Shown piece by piece: positions 39,496 to 48,468 of a stretch of 64,000 bases of DNA. The position numbers were made by a program, and so were the translations under genes. This DNA comes from an uncultured Anaerolineaceae bacterium. Lineage in GTDB: Bacteria > Chloroflexota > Limnocylindria > Limnocylindrales > CSP1-4. Below the pieces are notes generated by a model. It was not told the DNA's origin and did not search any database. It saw only the letters and a program-made list of their open reading frames with translations. Location of the stretch: assembly GCA_964483405.1 (NCBI GenBank), contig CAZABC010000003.1, positions 19,980-83,979 on the forward strand, written 5' to 3'. Within the stretch, counting starts at the first letter, position 1; each line of letters opens with the position of its first letter.

Positions 39496-40203
39496 GTGAA
39501 CATCTTCGGCGAGGCCGAACGCCTCTTCTCGACCGTCATCTTCCCGTATCGCCTCCCGCTCCTGGCCGGGCTGGCGGTCGGGCTCGTCGTCCTCGTCGCC
39601 GTCGGCCTGCGGCGCGGCTGGTGGGGCCGACTTGCCGCGGCAGCCCGTCGGCATCCCGTCCGGGCCCTCGTGGCGGCCGTCGTCGTGGTGGCCGTGATCG
39701 CCCCGACCGCCTGGTATGTCGCCTCGCCGCTCGTCATCCGGACCGAGCTCGTCGAGGCCGCGCCACTCCCGGGCACCCCGGCGCCGACCCCGGGCTCGTC
39801 GGCCGTCGCGTCGGCCGCACCGACCGAGCCATCGGCCGTCCCCTCGCCCGTCGGGTCGCCGGACACCGCGCCGGCGACCCTGCTGACCGGCACCTTCGTC
39901 GGTGCCGACGACTTCCACCAGGGCAGCGGTTCGGCGTCGATCATCGAGGTCGCGCCCGGCCGCTACGTCCTCCGCCTATCGTCGTTCTCGGTGACCAACG
40001 GCCCCGATCTCCACGTCCTCATCTCGTCCGACCCCGATGGCTACGCCGCCGGCTCGCTCGACCTCGGCAAGCTGAAGGCGACCGACGGCGCCTTCAACTA
40101 CGAGCTGCCAGTGGGGTTCGATCCGGCCGCCGCCGCCTCGGTCGTCATCTGGTGCGACCCGTTCGCGGTCCAGTTCGCTCACGCGACGCTCGCCGCGGGG
40201 TGA
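39496..40203 (+). CDS. DM13-domain protein with N-terminal TM/signal anchor
   Basis: C-terminal GTFVGADDFHQGSGSASIIEVAPGRYVLRLSSFSVTNGPDLHVLIS... matches the DM13 pattern. GTG start at 39496. Confidence 0.6.
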   Translation: MNIFGEAERLFSTVIFPYRLPLLAGLAVGLVVLVAVGLRRGWWGRLAAAARRHPVRALVAAVVVVAVIAPTAWYVASPLVIRTELVEAAPLPGTPAPTPGSSAVASAAPTEPSAVPSPVGSPDTAPATLLTGTFVGADDFHQGSGSASIIEVAPGRYVLRLSSFSVTNGPDLHVLISSDPDGYAAGSLDLGKLKATDGAFNYELPVGFDPAAAASVVIWCDPFAVQFAHATLAAG

Positions 40204-40427
40204 TCCACGCCGGTCGCGGGAGGCGCTGCGCCACGGGGCGCATCGTGGCGCGCGGCATCGTTCACGGGTCGGCGACTCATGCCGAACGGCACTGCCGTCG
40301 GCGGACGATGCCCTGCACCGTGGCACCATCGCGGGGGGCGACGACGCGCGGCCCAAGCCCTGGCCGCCCCGGACCGCGTCGAGCCACTGGCGGGACCGAC
40401 CCGCGCGTGTCCTCCTGAGGTGGCGGA

Positions 40428-40979
40428 ATGCGCAGGATCGGTCTCGTGGCGCTGGTGGTGATCGCCCTGCTGGCGAGTGCCGCCATCGTGTACGCCGGCA
40501 ACGGCAAGGTCCCGCCGGGTTGGAACTCCAACTCGCACAAGTACACGGCGATCCCGGTCGCCAACCCCTACGACCCGAGCCAGGTGTCCGCGGGGCTCGT
40601 CCGCGAGCCCACGCCCGACGCCGTGCTCGCCCAGCACCTGGAGGCGCTCAACGGCTGCGACTGGGTCGGCCTGATGCAGCAGTACCCCGACAGCTACGAG
40701 CTTCGTCTGCCGGGCGGCGTGGTGGTCAGCGGTCGCGAAGCAACGGCGGCGACATTCGGTGGGTTCGTCCTGCCGCCCTCGGAGGGTGGCCTCTGCGGGA
40801 TCACCTTCACCGAGGAATCCCGCCAGGTCACGGGCGGGACGATCGCCGTCAGCTGGGTCGCCGACGCGCCCTTCCTGGCCGAGCCCTACCGGGGTGCTGA
40901 CGCGTACATCACCGACGACGGTCTGATGGTCTCGATGGTCAGCACCTTCGACGGCGCCGAGCTCAAGTTCAGGCCCTGA
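40428..40979 (+). CDS. Secreted hypothetical protein (signal peptide; NTF2/SnoaL-like fold suspected)
   Basis: MRRIGLVALVVIALLASAAIVYA signal peptide; SD gaggtgg sits upstream. Confidence 0.5.
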   Translation: MRRIGLVALVVIALLASAAIVYAGNGKVPPGWNSNSHKYTAIPVANPYDPSQVSAGLVREPTPDAVLAQHLEALNGCDWVGLMQQYPDSYELRLPGGVVVSGREATAATFGGFVLPPSEGGLCGITFTEESRQVTGGTIAVSWVADAPFLAEPYRGADAYITDDGLMVSMVSTFDGAELKFRP

Positions 40980-41018
40980 CACCGGTGCTGCCAGGCCGGC
41001 AGCGATGAACGAGCGGTC

Positions 41019-41048
41019 GGACCCCGTCCCATCGGCGGGACGGGGTCC
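41019..41048 (+). terminator. Perfect 12-bp stem / 6-nt loop hairpin (ggaccccgtccc-atcggc-gggacggggtcc) after the secreted-protein gene
   Basis: Seen in the sequence. There is no U-tract, which is common for intrinsic terminators in high-GC actinobacteria. Confidence 0.45.
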
Positions 41049-41086
41049 GACGTCGATCGGCGTGACCGGCTCGTAGACTGCGTCCG

Positions 41087-41680
41087 ATGCGGATCGTGCC
41101 CGTGACCCCGGCCGAGTGGCCAGCCGTCGCCGAGCTGTTCGCCGAGGGCGGCGACCCGAAGTGGTGCGCCTGCATGTACTGGCGGGTCCGGGGCCTCGAC
41201 TGGACGAACTCGACCGCCGACGCGAACCGGACAGCGATGGCGGCGACGGTCGAGGCGGCGGCGGCCGCGGACTCCCCTGCCCCGGGGCTCGTGGCGCTCG
41301 ACGAGGACGACCGGGCCGTCGGCTGGATCGCCGTGAGCCCACGCTCGGCCTACGAGCGCATCGAGCACTCCCGGGTCATCCCCCGACCGGACGACCGCCC
41401 GGTCTGGTCGGTCGTCTGCTTCGTCGTGTCGCGCCGGGCTCGCGGCCAGGGCGTCGCGACGGCGCTCCTCGCCGGTGCGGTCGAGCATGCCCGGTCGGCC
41501 GGCGCCCCGGCCCTCGAGGCGTACCCCGCCGATGCGGTCGCGGGGGCGCGACTCCCGGCGGCGGCCGCCTACACGGGTACCCGGGCGATGTTCGAGGCCG
41601 CCGGCTTCGAGGTCGTGGCGCCGACCGGCAGCCGGACCGGCGGCGTGCCGCGGGTGCTGATGCGGCGCGAGCTCGGCTGA
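41087..41680 (+). CDS. GNAT-family N-acetyltransferase
   Basis: Acetyl-CoA-binding motif RRARGQGVATALL. Confidence 0.75.
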   Translation: MRIVPVTPAEWPAVAELFAEGGDPKWCACMYWRVRGLDWTNSTADANRTAMAATVEAAAAADSPAPGLVALDEDDRAVGWIAVSPRSAYERIEHSRVIPRPDDRPVWSVVCFVVSRRARGQGVATALLAGAVEHARSAGAPALEAYPADAVAGARLPAAAAYTGTRAMFEAAGFEVVAPTGSRTGGVPRVLMRRELG

Positions 41681-41746
41681 CCGGACGCGACGAGGCCGGG
41701 CCCCGAAGGACCCGGCCTCGTGCCGACAAGGGGCGAGGGCGCCGGG

Positions 41747-42418
41747 TTACCAGGCGCGCGGCAGGTCGATCGGGCGCAGGACGAGCGAGATCCCGTGGAT
41801 GATGCTCTTGCCCGCGGCGATGTTCGTCTTGCGGTTGACGACCCACGGGTCGGCGGCGTCGTAGTCGAGGTCGCCGAGGGTGATCGTGTCGAGCCAGCCG
41901 ACGTAGCGGATCCTGATCGACGCGCCGTCCAGCGCGGTCGCGACCGAGGCGCCGCTCGCGGCGACGACCTGGGACCGGGTCAGCGCCGCGCCCGGGATGA
42001 CGTGGTAGAGCAGCACGTTCTCGATCGTGTCGACCGTCTTGGCCATATCGCCGCCGTTGAGGCCCTTGACCGCCTCGACGAGCTTGGCGAAGACCGTCGC
42101 CTCGTTCCAGTACCAGCGGCCGGTCAGGCTCGCGACGAGGACCTGGAACGCCCGATCGTTCGGGGCGAGGACGGTCAGCACGGCATCGTCATCGGCGAGC
42201 AGCGCGACCGCGGTGTCGCCGCTCTTCGCGTCGATGACCGTCAGGGCGGCCTTCTCGACGATGTCGAAGTCGTACCAGTTCGAGTCGAACGCAACGCCGT
42301 CCGCGCCGAGGACCTCGGCGACGTTGGACGGCGGCTCGGCCGCGGAAGCGGGCACGGCCAGCGTGGCGGCCAGGGCCGCGGCGGAGAGCAGGGCGGCGAT
42401 GGGGCGACGGAAGCGCAT
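41747..42418 (-). CDS. Secreted fasciclin (FAS1) domain protein
   Basis: Signal peptide MRFRRPIAALLSAAALAATLAVPASA, then FAS1 motifs (TVLAPNDRAF, IHGISLVL). Internal Met at 42418. Confidence 0.8.
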   Translation of the reverse strand: MRFRRPIAALLSAAALAATLAVPASAAEPPSNVAEVLGADGVAFDSNWYDFDIVEKAALTVIDAKSGDTAVALLADDDAVLTVLAPNDRAFQVLVASLTGRWYWNEATVFAKLVEAVKGLNGGDMAKTVDTIENVLLYHVIPGAALTRSQVVAASGASVATALDGASIRIRYVGWLDTITLGDLDYDAADPWVVNRKTNIAAGKSIIHGISLVLRPIDLPRAW

Positions 42419-42575
42419 CGGATGGTCCCTCCAGGTCCGGATCGGCGCCGTCGTCGGCGCGTCACCCGGTCTTCGCGTCCGGCGGCCGCTCCGGATTGCC
42501 GGACCGCCCGACACGGTCGCGTCGATGGTGCGTCGCCGCACCGGCAGCCTCCGATCCCCTACTCCGCGCTCGGGG

Positions 42576-42605
42576 TTGACACCGCCACCGGCCGGCGCCT
42601 AGACT
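42576..42605 (+). promoter_or_regulatory. Near-consensus σ70-type promoter: TTGACA–18 nt–TAGACT
   Basis: TTGACA at 42576–42581 and TAGACT at 42600–42605. It sits about 50 nt upstream of an AGGAGG SD and the small ORF. Confidence 0.55.
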
Positions 42606-42658
42606 CCCGCCCGGCGCAGTCCCGCGCCATGTCCAGCTCGACAGGAGGACTACTCCGA

Positions 42659-42745
42659 ATGCGGCAGAACCTGCTCTACGGCGCCACGCGGACCGGCGAT
42701 GCCGGCTCTCGCGTCCGCGGGAGCACTGCGCCCACCTCGAGCTAG
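42659..42745 (+). CDS. 28-codon small ORF (MRQNLLYGATRTGDAGSRVRGSTAPTSS); candidate leader peptide
   Basis: AGGAGG lies 9 nt upstream of the ATG. A consensus promoter precedes it and a hairpin plus T-tract terminator follows it. It is in frame with the tail of track ORF 41720..42745. Confidence 0.35.
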   Translation: MRQNLLYGATRTGDAGSRVRGSTAPTSS

Positions 42746-42771
42746 GACGAAGGCGGCAAGTCCGCCAGATC

Positions 42772-42804
42772 CGGCAGACACGAGCCGTGGGCCAGGGCCC
42801 ACGG
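42772..42804 (+). terminator. Intrinsic-terminator-like hairpin (gagccgtgggcc-agg-gcccacggctc) followed by tttcgtt
   Basis: Seen in the sequence: GC-rich 11-bp stem, 3-nt loop, then T-rich tract, between the small ORF and the ABC transporter genes. Confidence 0.55.
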
Positions 42805-42970
42805 CTCTTTCGTTCCCCGCCCGGGATCCGTCCGCCAGGACACCCCGGGCGGCGGCCCCAGAGCCGCGAGCCCCTCCCGTCGCCGACGACGACCCCGGGC
42901 CCGCGGCTCGTCCTTCTCCGGGCGATCCGCGGCCCCGGTGGCCACCACCAAGCCACCCGAGGCCCGAACC

Positions 42971-43903
42971 ATGACCGCCATCCTGACCCCGCAGCCGAAG
43001 ACTCCGACGGCCCCCGAGCCGGCGGTCGAGCTCGCCCTCGAGGCGGCGCTCGGGACGCGGGTCGAGGCCCACCCGGCGCCGGCCGGACCGCCCGCCCTGC
43101 TCGTCGAGCGGGTATCGAAGAAGTTCGTCGTCGGCCGCAAGCGACGGGCCGTCGTCGCCGTCGACCGGGTCGACCTCCGGGTCGACCGCGGTGAGATCGT
43201 CGGCGTCCTCGGCGCCAACGGTTCGGGCAAGTCGACGCTGATCCGCCTCGTGTCGGGTCTGCTGACCCTCGACGAGGGCCGGGTCGAGGTGTTCGGCCAC
43301 GACATCGAGCGCGACGAGATGGCCGTCAAGCGGCTCATCAACCGGGTCAGCGTCGATGCCGCGTTCTTCAAGAAGCTGAGCCCGCTGGAGAACCTCTCGT
43401 TCGCCGCCCGCCTCTACGGGCTCGATGCCCGCGAAGCGCGACGGGGGGCGGCGGTGATCCTCGCCCGGCTCGGCATCGGCGGGGCGCGCGTCGGCCGGCC
43501 GATCGAGCAGATGAGCCGGGGGATGCAGCAGAAGGTCGCGATCGCGCGGGCCCTGCTGACCAGCCCGGCGCTGCTGCTCCTCGACGAGCCGACCACCGGC
43601 CTCGACCCGCGGAGCAAGCTCGACGTCCAGACCTTCATCGAGGAGGTCCGCGACGGCCACGCCGCGGCGATCGTGCTGACGACGCACGACCTCGCGGAGG
43701 CCGAGCGGCTGTGCGACCGGATCGTCGTCCTCGATGGCGGCCGGGTCGTCGCCGAGGGCACGCCCGAGGCGCTCAAGCGGCTCGTCGCCGAGCGGCACGG
43801 ACAGCCGCCGACGATGGACGCCGTGTTCCTGACCCTGACCGGCCGCTCGCTCGACGAGGACGTCGACGAGGACGAGCCCGACGATGACGACGAAGGGAGG
43901 TGA
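42971..43903 (+). CDS. ABC transporter ATP-binding protein (ABC-2/DrrA-like exporter subunit)
   Basis: Walker A GANGSGKST, signature MSRGMQQKV, Walker B LLLLDEP. Alternative Met at 42938. Confidence 0.85.
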   Translation: MTAILTPQPKTPTAPEPAVELALEAALGTRVEAHPAPAGPPALLVERVSKKFVVGRKRRAVVAVDRVDLRVDRGEIVGVLGANGSGKSTLIRLVSGLLTLDEGRVEVFGHDIERDEMAVKRLINRVSVDAAFFKKLSPLENLSFAARLYGLDAREARRGAAVILARLGIGGARVGRPIEQMSRGMQQKVAIARALLTSPALLLLDEPTTGLDPRSKLDVQTFIEEVRDGHAAAIVLTTHDLAEAERLCDRIVVLDGGRVVAEGTPEALKRLVAERHGQPPTMDAVFLTLTGRSLDEDVDEDEPDDDDEGR

Positions 43904-43906
43904 CCG

Positions 43907-44185
43907 ATGGATGCCCTGCTCGACCCGCGCCGCGACCGGCGGCCCGACCATCTGACGACCCACCACGATCGGAGACCCACGATGCACGCCAGCACCCAGC
44001 TGCGCCTCTTCCAGGCGCAGCGACACCGCCGGGACGACCTGCGGGCCGCCAGCCAGGCCCGTCTCCTGCGTGCCGAACGCTCGACGGAGGCGGCGCCGCT
44101 GCGGGCCCGCATCGGTCGCTCGCTCATCCGCGTCGGGGAGCGCCTCGCCGACGGGGCGCACCTCGAGCCGGCCCGGCCCCGCTGA
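43907..44185 (+). CDS. Small Arg-rich hypothetical protein between ABC ATPase and permease
   Basis: ATG 4 nt after the ATPase stop; third-position GC near 90%. No recognisable family, so it could be spurious. Confidence 0.3.
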   Translation: MDALLDPRRDRRPDHLTTHHDRRPTMHASTQLRLFQAQRHRRDDLRAASQARLLRAERSTEAAPLRARIGRSLIRVGERLADGAHLEPARPR

Positions 44186-44222
44186 GGGGTCGGGCCGGCG
44201 CCCACCACATGGAGACCCTCCG

Positions 44223-45026
44223 GTGACCGTTCTCGCCCACGAGCTCCGGGCCTCGTACGCCTTCGTCGAGCGGAACTTCTTCCTGACGAAGCGCTACTGG
44301 GGCTGGGAGATCGCCTTCCTCATCTACTCGATCGCCGGCGCGCTGTCGATCTCGCTGATCGGCGCGCAGGCCGGCGAGCCCGAGCTCATCCTCATGCTGA
44401 TGATCGGCGCGATCTTCTGGAACTACCTGTCGGTCGTCTTCAGCTGGATCGCCGAGACGATCGCGGTCGAGCGCTGGGAGGGGACGCTCGAGTACACGAT
44501 GATGGCGCCCGTCCGGCGCTGGGCCCAGCTGCTCGGCTCGTGCCTGTACGCGATGGCGTACGGGCTCGTCCACACGGCGGCCATCCTCGTCGTCCTCGTC
44601 CTGTTCTTCCCGCAGCTTCGCCTCGACCAGGCGAACGGCGCGACGGCGATCGCGTTCATGCTGCTCGGCTCGTTCAGCTTCGTCGGGATCGGCATGATGG
44701 CCGCCATCCTGCCGCTCCTCTACGTCGAGCGGGGCGCCCAGATGACGTTCGTCATCCAGTCCTGCCTGCTGCTCGTGTCGGGCGTCTACTACTCCGTCGA
44801 GGTCCTGCCGCCCTGGATGCAGGCGCTCTCGCGGCTCTCCCCGGCGACCTACGTCCTCGACGGCGTCCGGCAGGGGCTGATCGCCGGGACGCCGGTCAGC
44901 GAGCTGCCGCACGACGTCGTGCCGCTCGTCGTCATGGGCATCGTCCTCATCCCGACCGGTCTGTGGGCGTTCGGCCGCGCCGAGCGCTACGCCAAGCGGA
45001 CCGGTCGGCTCAAGCGGGTGGGCTGA
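44223..45026 (+). CDS. ABC-2 family transporter permease
   Basis: Six TM helices with ABC-2 membrane topology. GTG start at 44223; the upstream track-ORF part is R-rich junk. Confidence 0.75.
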   Translation: MTVLAHELRASYAFVERNFFLTKRYWGWEIAFLIYSIAGALSISLIGAQAGEPELILMLMIGAIFWNYLSVVFSWIAETIAVERWEGTLEYTMMAPVRRWAQLLGSCLYAMAYGLVHTAAILVVLVLFFPQLRLDQANGATAIAFMLLGSFSFVGIGMMAAILPLLYVERGAQMTFVIQSCLLLVSGVYYSVEVLPPWMQALSRLSPATYVLDGVRQGLIAGTPVSELPHDVVPLVVMGIVLIPTGLWAFGRAERYAKRTGRLKRVG

Positions 45027-45027
45027 G

Positions 45028-46086
45028 ATGGACACCGCCAAGGTGAGCGACACGATCGAGATCGCGGATGCCCCGGCCATCCCGGGGCTCCGCTTCCGAC
45101 ACTGGCGAGGTCTCGACGACCTGCCGGCGATGGCGGCCGTGGCCGACGCGGCGAACCGGGCGGTCGGCTCGGCCGACGTCAAGCCGCTCGAGGACATGGT
45201 CGCCGTCTACTCGAACCTCTCGAACTGCGACCCGGATCGCGACATCGTCGTCGCCGAGGTCGACGGGGCGGTCGTCGCCTATGCCCGCTGGCTGTGGGGC
45301 GACCGCTACGACGGCACGCGCTCGTTCGAGGGCGTCGAGTTCGTCGATCCGGCCCACGCCGAGCGCGGCATCGAGGACGCGCTGCTGCAGCAGGGCATCC
45401 GTCGCCAGACCACGCTCGCCGCCGAGCTCGCGGCCGGCGACGGCGCGGCCCCCCGGCCGGCGATCCTGACCCGGTACGTCCGCGGCACCGAGCGACCCCG
45501 CATCGAGCGCCTCGAGGCGCTCGGGTTCGCGCTCGTCCGGCGTCACGCGGAGATGACTCGGCCGGACCTCGCCGCGATCCCGGAGGTGCCGGTGCCCGAC
45601 GGCATCGTCCTGAGCCGGGTCGAAGCCGGCGACGAGTCGGCGATCCGGCGGGCATACGACCTCAACGTCGAGGTGTTCGCGACGCACTACGGCGAGGCCT
45701 TGCCGACCGAGGCCGACTGGGCCCTGTTCCGGGTCGCCCCCGACACCCAGCCGGGCCTGTGGTGCGTGGCGATCGACCGGGCGACCGGCGAGGCCGCCGG
45801 GCACATCCTCAACTACCTCGCGGCCCCCGGCCCCGACGGCTCGATCGTCGGCTGGACCGAGTCGATCGCCGTCCGGGCGCCGTATCGGCGGCGGGGCCTG
45901 GCGAGCGCGATGCTCGCCGAGAGCCTCCGGATCGTCCGCGACGCCGGAGCGACCTCCGCCGCGCTCGGGGTCGATCAGCAGAACGAGAACCGGGCGATGG
46001 CCCTCTACGAGCGGCTCGGCTTCCGGCGCTCCCTCGAGGAGCTCGAGTACCGCCGCCCGATCGAGCTCGAGGGGGTGCGGCGATGA
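45028..46086 (+). CDS. Two-domain GNAT acetyltransferase (MshD-like architecture)
   Basis: Two tandem GNAT folds across 352 aa; C-terminal motif RRRGLASAMLAESL. Stop overlaps the rsgA start. Confidence 0.75.
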   Translation: MDTAKVSDTIEIADAPAIPGLRFRHWRGLDDLPAMAAVADAANRAVGSADVKPLEDMVAVYSNLSNCDPDRDIVVAEVDGAVVAYARWLWGDRYDGTRSFEGVEFVDPAHAERGIEDALLQQGIRRQTTLAAELAAGDGAAPRPAILTRYVRGTERPRIERLEALGFALVRRHAEMTRPDLAAIPEVPVPDGIVLSRVEAGDESAIRRAYDLNVEVFATHYGEALPTEADWALFRVAPDTQPGLWCVAIDRATGEAAGHILNYLAAPGPDGSIVGWTESIAVRAPYRRRGLASAMLAESLRIVRDAGATSAALGVDQQNENRAMALYERLGFRRSLEELEYRRPIELEGVRR

Positions 46087-47198
46087 GCGCGGTCGACGCC
46101 ACGCCGCTCGTCGAGCTCGGCTGGAGCGGCCCGTTCGAGGCCCACTTCGGCGAGCACGCGGCGGCCGGGCTCGAGCCCGGCCGGGTCGTCGCCACCCACC
46201 GCGAGACCGCGATCGTCCGGCTCGCGGGCGGGACGGTGGCCGGCCACGTCTCCGGCCGCTTCCGCCGGGCGGTCGTCGGGCCGGCCGACTACCCGGCGGT
46301 CGGCGACTGGGTCGCCGTCGAACCGCGCCTCGCCGAGCGATCGGGGACGATCCACGCGGTCCTGCCGCGGCGCAGCGCGATCCTCCGGACGGCCGGCGAC
46401 TCGAACCGCCTCGGTGGCGGCCGGCTCGTCGACGAGCAGGTCCTCGCGGCGAACGTCGACGTCGCCTTCGTCGTCGCGTCGATCGCGATCGCCCCGAACC
46501 TCCGCCGCCTCGAGCGCTACCTCGCCCTCGCCTGGGCGAGCGGGACGACCCCGGTCGTCGTCCTCAACAAGGCCGACCTCGCCGCCGACGCGGAGGCGGC
46601 CGTGGCCGGCGTGGCCGGCGTGGCGATCGGCGCCACCGTCCACCCGGTCTCGGCGCTCGGTGGGATCGGCCTCGAGCCGCTCGCCGCGCACCTCCGGCCG
46701 GGTACGACGACCGTCGTCATCGGGCCGTCGGGCGTCGGCAAGTCGACCCTCGTGAACGCGCTCCTCGGCGAGGAGCGGCAGGCGACCCGGGCGATCCGCG
46801 AGGGCGACGGTCGCGGTCGCCACACGACGACCCACCGCGAGCTCGTCCCGCTGCCCGGTGGCGCGCTCCTCGTCGACACGCCGGGGATCCGGTCGCTCGA
46901 GCTGCTCGACGCCGACGACGGCGTCGGCATCGCCTACGCCGACATCGAGACACTCGCCGATGACTGTCGCTTCGCCGACTGTCGGCACGCCGACGAGCCC
47001 GGCTGCGCGGTCGGGGCGGCGATCGCCGACGGCCGGCTCGACGAGCGACGGGTCGCCGGCTACCGGAAGCTCGAGCGGCACGAGGCTCATCGAGCCCGCG
47101 CGACCGACCACCGCGCCCGCGAGGCCGAGCGGCGCCGCTGGAAGACGATCAGTCGCGCCGTCGGCGAGCACATGAAGCGAAAGTACGGAGGGGCCTGA
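46083..47198 (+). CDS. rsgA: Ribosome small-subunit-dependent GTPase A
   Basis: Circularly permuted GTPase motifs (VLNKADL, GPSGVGKST, DTPG) and C-terminal zinc-binding CRFADCRH...C. Confidence 0.85.
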   Translation: MSAVDATPLVELGWSGPFEAHFGEHAAAGLEPGRVVATHRETAIVRLAGGTVAGHVSGRFRRAVVGPADYPAVGDWVAVEPRLAERSGTIHAVLPRRSAILRTAGDSNRLGGGRLVDEQVLAANVDVAFVVASIAIAPNLRRLERYLALAWASGTTPVVVLNKADLAADAEAAVAGVAGVAIGATVHPVSALGGIGLEPLAAHLRPGTTTVVIGPSGVGKSTLVNALLGEERQATRAIREGDGRGRHTTTHRELVPLPGGALLVDTPGIRSLELLDADDGVGIAYADIETLADDCRFADCRHADEPGCAVGAAIADGRLDERRVAGYRKLERHEAHRARATDHRAREAERRRWKTISRAVGEHMKRKYGGA

Positions 47199-47200
47199 CG

Positions 47201-48250
47201 ATGACGACCGAGCCGCACGCCGAGGGGACCACGGCCGCGCTGCGCGGCTCGGGCAGCCCGGTGGCGATCGTCCCACCGCCGGGGATCGACGGCCTCGTCT
47301 TCCGCCGCTGGCGCGACGAAGCCGACCTCGCCGGATACGTCGCCGTCGTCAACGCCTCGTGGGCGGCGGATGGGATGCCGCTGCGGACCGGGCCCGAGAA
47401 CGAGGCGACCGACCTCCGCCACCGGGATGGCTTCGAGCTCGAGACCGACCTCGTCCTCGCCGAGCTCGACAGCGGGCTCATCGGCTTCGCGAGCGCGAGC
47501 GTGGAACGCGAGGACGACGGGGGCAGGCGGCACTGGACGTCGGTCATGCTGGCGCCCGCCGGCCGCCGACCCGGGCTGCTCGAGGCGCTCTACGACTGGG
47601 CCGAGGAGCACCATCGGGCGATCGCCGCGACCGACCCTCGACCGGACCATGGGCTCTGGGCGTGGGTCGCCGACGACGAGCGCTGGTGGGCCGGGTTCCT
47701 CGCCGGTCGCGGGTATCGGTCGGTCCGCTGGTTCAGCGAGATGGTCCGCGACACGCTCGTCGATCTGCCCGACAAGCCGCTGCCGCCGGGGCTCGAGGTC
47801 CGCCCGGTCCCGGCCGCCGGGATCCGCCGGGTCCTCGAGGCCAGGGACGAGGCCTTTCGCGACCACTGGGGCCACACGCCGATGACCGAGGCCGACGTCC
47901 GCGCCGTGATCGACCACCCGCGGACCGATCCATCGCTGTGGGTCGTCGCCTGGGACGGCGACGAGGTCGCCGGGCTGGTCGTCGTCGACATCCTCCACGA
48001 CGAGAACGCCGCCTTCGGGCTGCGTCGGGGCTGGCTGCGCAGCGTGGCCACCCGCCGGCCGTGGCGGAACCGCGGCCTGGCCTCGGCCCTGTGCGTCCTC
48101 GCGATGCGGGGGCTCCGGGACCGGGGGTACACGTCGGTCGGCCTTGGCGTCGACACCGAGAACCCGACCGGCGCCTACGGGCTCTACGCGCGGCTCGGCT
48201 TCCGGGTCGACCTGCGCGCCTCGATCATGCACCGGCCGCTCCAGCGCTGA
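47201..48250 (+). CDS. Two-domain GNAT acetyltransferase (MshD-like), paralogue of 45028..46086
   Basis: 349 aa with two GNAT folds; motif WRNRGLASALCVLAM. Confidence 0.75.
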   Translation: MTTEPHAEGTTAALRGSGSPVAIVPPPGIDGLVFRRWRDEADLAGYVAVVNASWAADGMPLRTGPENEATDLRHRDGFELETDLVLAELDSGLIGFASASVEREDDGGRRHWTSVMLAPAGRRPGLLEALYDWAEEHHRAIAATDPRPDHGLWAWVADDERWWAGFLAGRGYRSVRWFSEMVRDTLVDLPDKPLPPGLEVRPVPAAGIRRVLEARDEAFRDHWGHTPMTEADVRAVIDHPRTDPSLWVVAWDGDEVAGLVVVDILHDENAAFGLRRGWLRSVATRRPWRNRGLASALCVLAMRGLRDRGYTSVGLGVDTENPTGAYGLYARLGFRVDLRASIMHRPLQR

Positions 48251-48468
48251 GATCGCTCCGCGGGGGTCCCGCCACCGACGGCAACGCGCCAGCAGCGTGG
48301 GTGCTGGTCCCTGAACGCAGCACGCACGACCGATGCGCCGTTCCGACGGACGTGCGACGCGTCCACGCTCGCTCACCCCGCGGATGAGCACGCAGCGGGG
48401 TCGGCGACCCCCGGCGCGTCGCGCCACACGGCGGACCGACGGACCGGGGTCCGTGCGCCCGATGGCGG

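Noticed and set aside
42659-42745. RiPP precursor interpretation of the 28-codon ORF upstream of the ABC-2 exporter
   Set aside because: The peptide lacks Cys/Ser/Thr-rich core features. No modification enzymes (LanB/C/M, YcaO, radical-SAM, lasso B/C) are nearby. The GNATs downstream are MshD-like. The leader-peptide/attenuator or small-protein explanation is more economical, so it is reported only as that.
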